Origin: Zootoca vivipara
Taxonomy: Eukaryota
Length of the DNA stretch: 64,000 bases
Direction: 5' to 3'
NCBI RefSeq assembly: GCF_963506605.1
Contig: NC_083276.1
Coordinates: 52,700,001 to 52,764,000 of the forward strand
In this document: positions 63,421 through 64,000 of the stretch, piece by piece
Position numbering within the stretch: the first letter of the stretch is position 1
Layout: every line of letters starts with the position of its first letter
Translations under genes and position numbers: made by a program
The notes under the pieces: model-generated
Seen by the model: only the letters and a program-made list of their open reading frames with translations
Database searches by the model: none
What the model was told of the DNA's origin: nothing

Positions 63421-64000
63421 TCATGCTGTAATTATACTTATCAAATATTACACCTTGCCTTAAATCCTTATATTGTGGTTAATTTCCCCAAAATCTATAA
63501 TGTGCATAGTTCACTTTATATATATAGCAATTAGACTCTAGGAAAAAATATTGCACATATACCAGTTTTCATAATAATAATCAATACTGTAGACAAACCC
63601 TTAAAAGTCAATATTCAGTAGAGCCCATAGATAACACTTGTTTCATAAGTTCATGAGATAGTGTTCATCTGGTTTGAAATGGGTCCCTATGAGTTCAGCC
63701 CTTTATTCTATTCTAAGAATGCTGACATAATCTTGTGCCAACAGAATTCTACTGCATAGGTTAGTGGTTACTTTAGTCACTTCAGTTATGCCCACAAACG
63801 AAAAAGGAGGGAGTTGGATCTTATCAGAGCTTTACTTCTTTTTCTTCATATACGTAAATTTATTGCTTCTCTCCTGAGAACATTTAAGAACAATTAGCAC
63901 TAATTTTAATACTCAATAATCTTCAATATAGTGATTTGATAAGTTTCTTCACCAATAGGGAGGAGATGGGGGAGGCAATTGCAGGTATTGAATGAAAAGG

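Overview
Vertebrate nuclear DNA, most likely from a squamate (probably lacertid) lizard. I infer this from six Sauria SINEs, BovB fragments with (AAC)n tails, young L2 copies, and CR1, L1, RTE, Penelope-like and many hAT and Tc1/mariner MITE insertions. I found no credible host protein-coding gene, so the window reads as a long intron or gene desert. Every convincing ORF is a retrotransposon fragment or a repeat artefact. There is a 129-N assembly gap at 50667-50795. Family names come from recalled consensus motifs, not from a database search. I found no confidently new biological system. The most unusual observations are: (1) a 152-bp near-identical tract, including apparently locus-specific flank, shared by two otherwise diverged BovB copies 39 kb apart; (2) a hAT MITE whose GC-rich interior looks like a signal-peptide first exon; (3) hAT MITEs with shared ends but different YY1/ETS-motif hairpin interiors; (4) nested insertions (L2 in a MITE in a BovB composite, and L1 in L1); (5) a probable ancient LF-SINE remnant near repeat-free, conserved-looking blocks.
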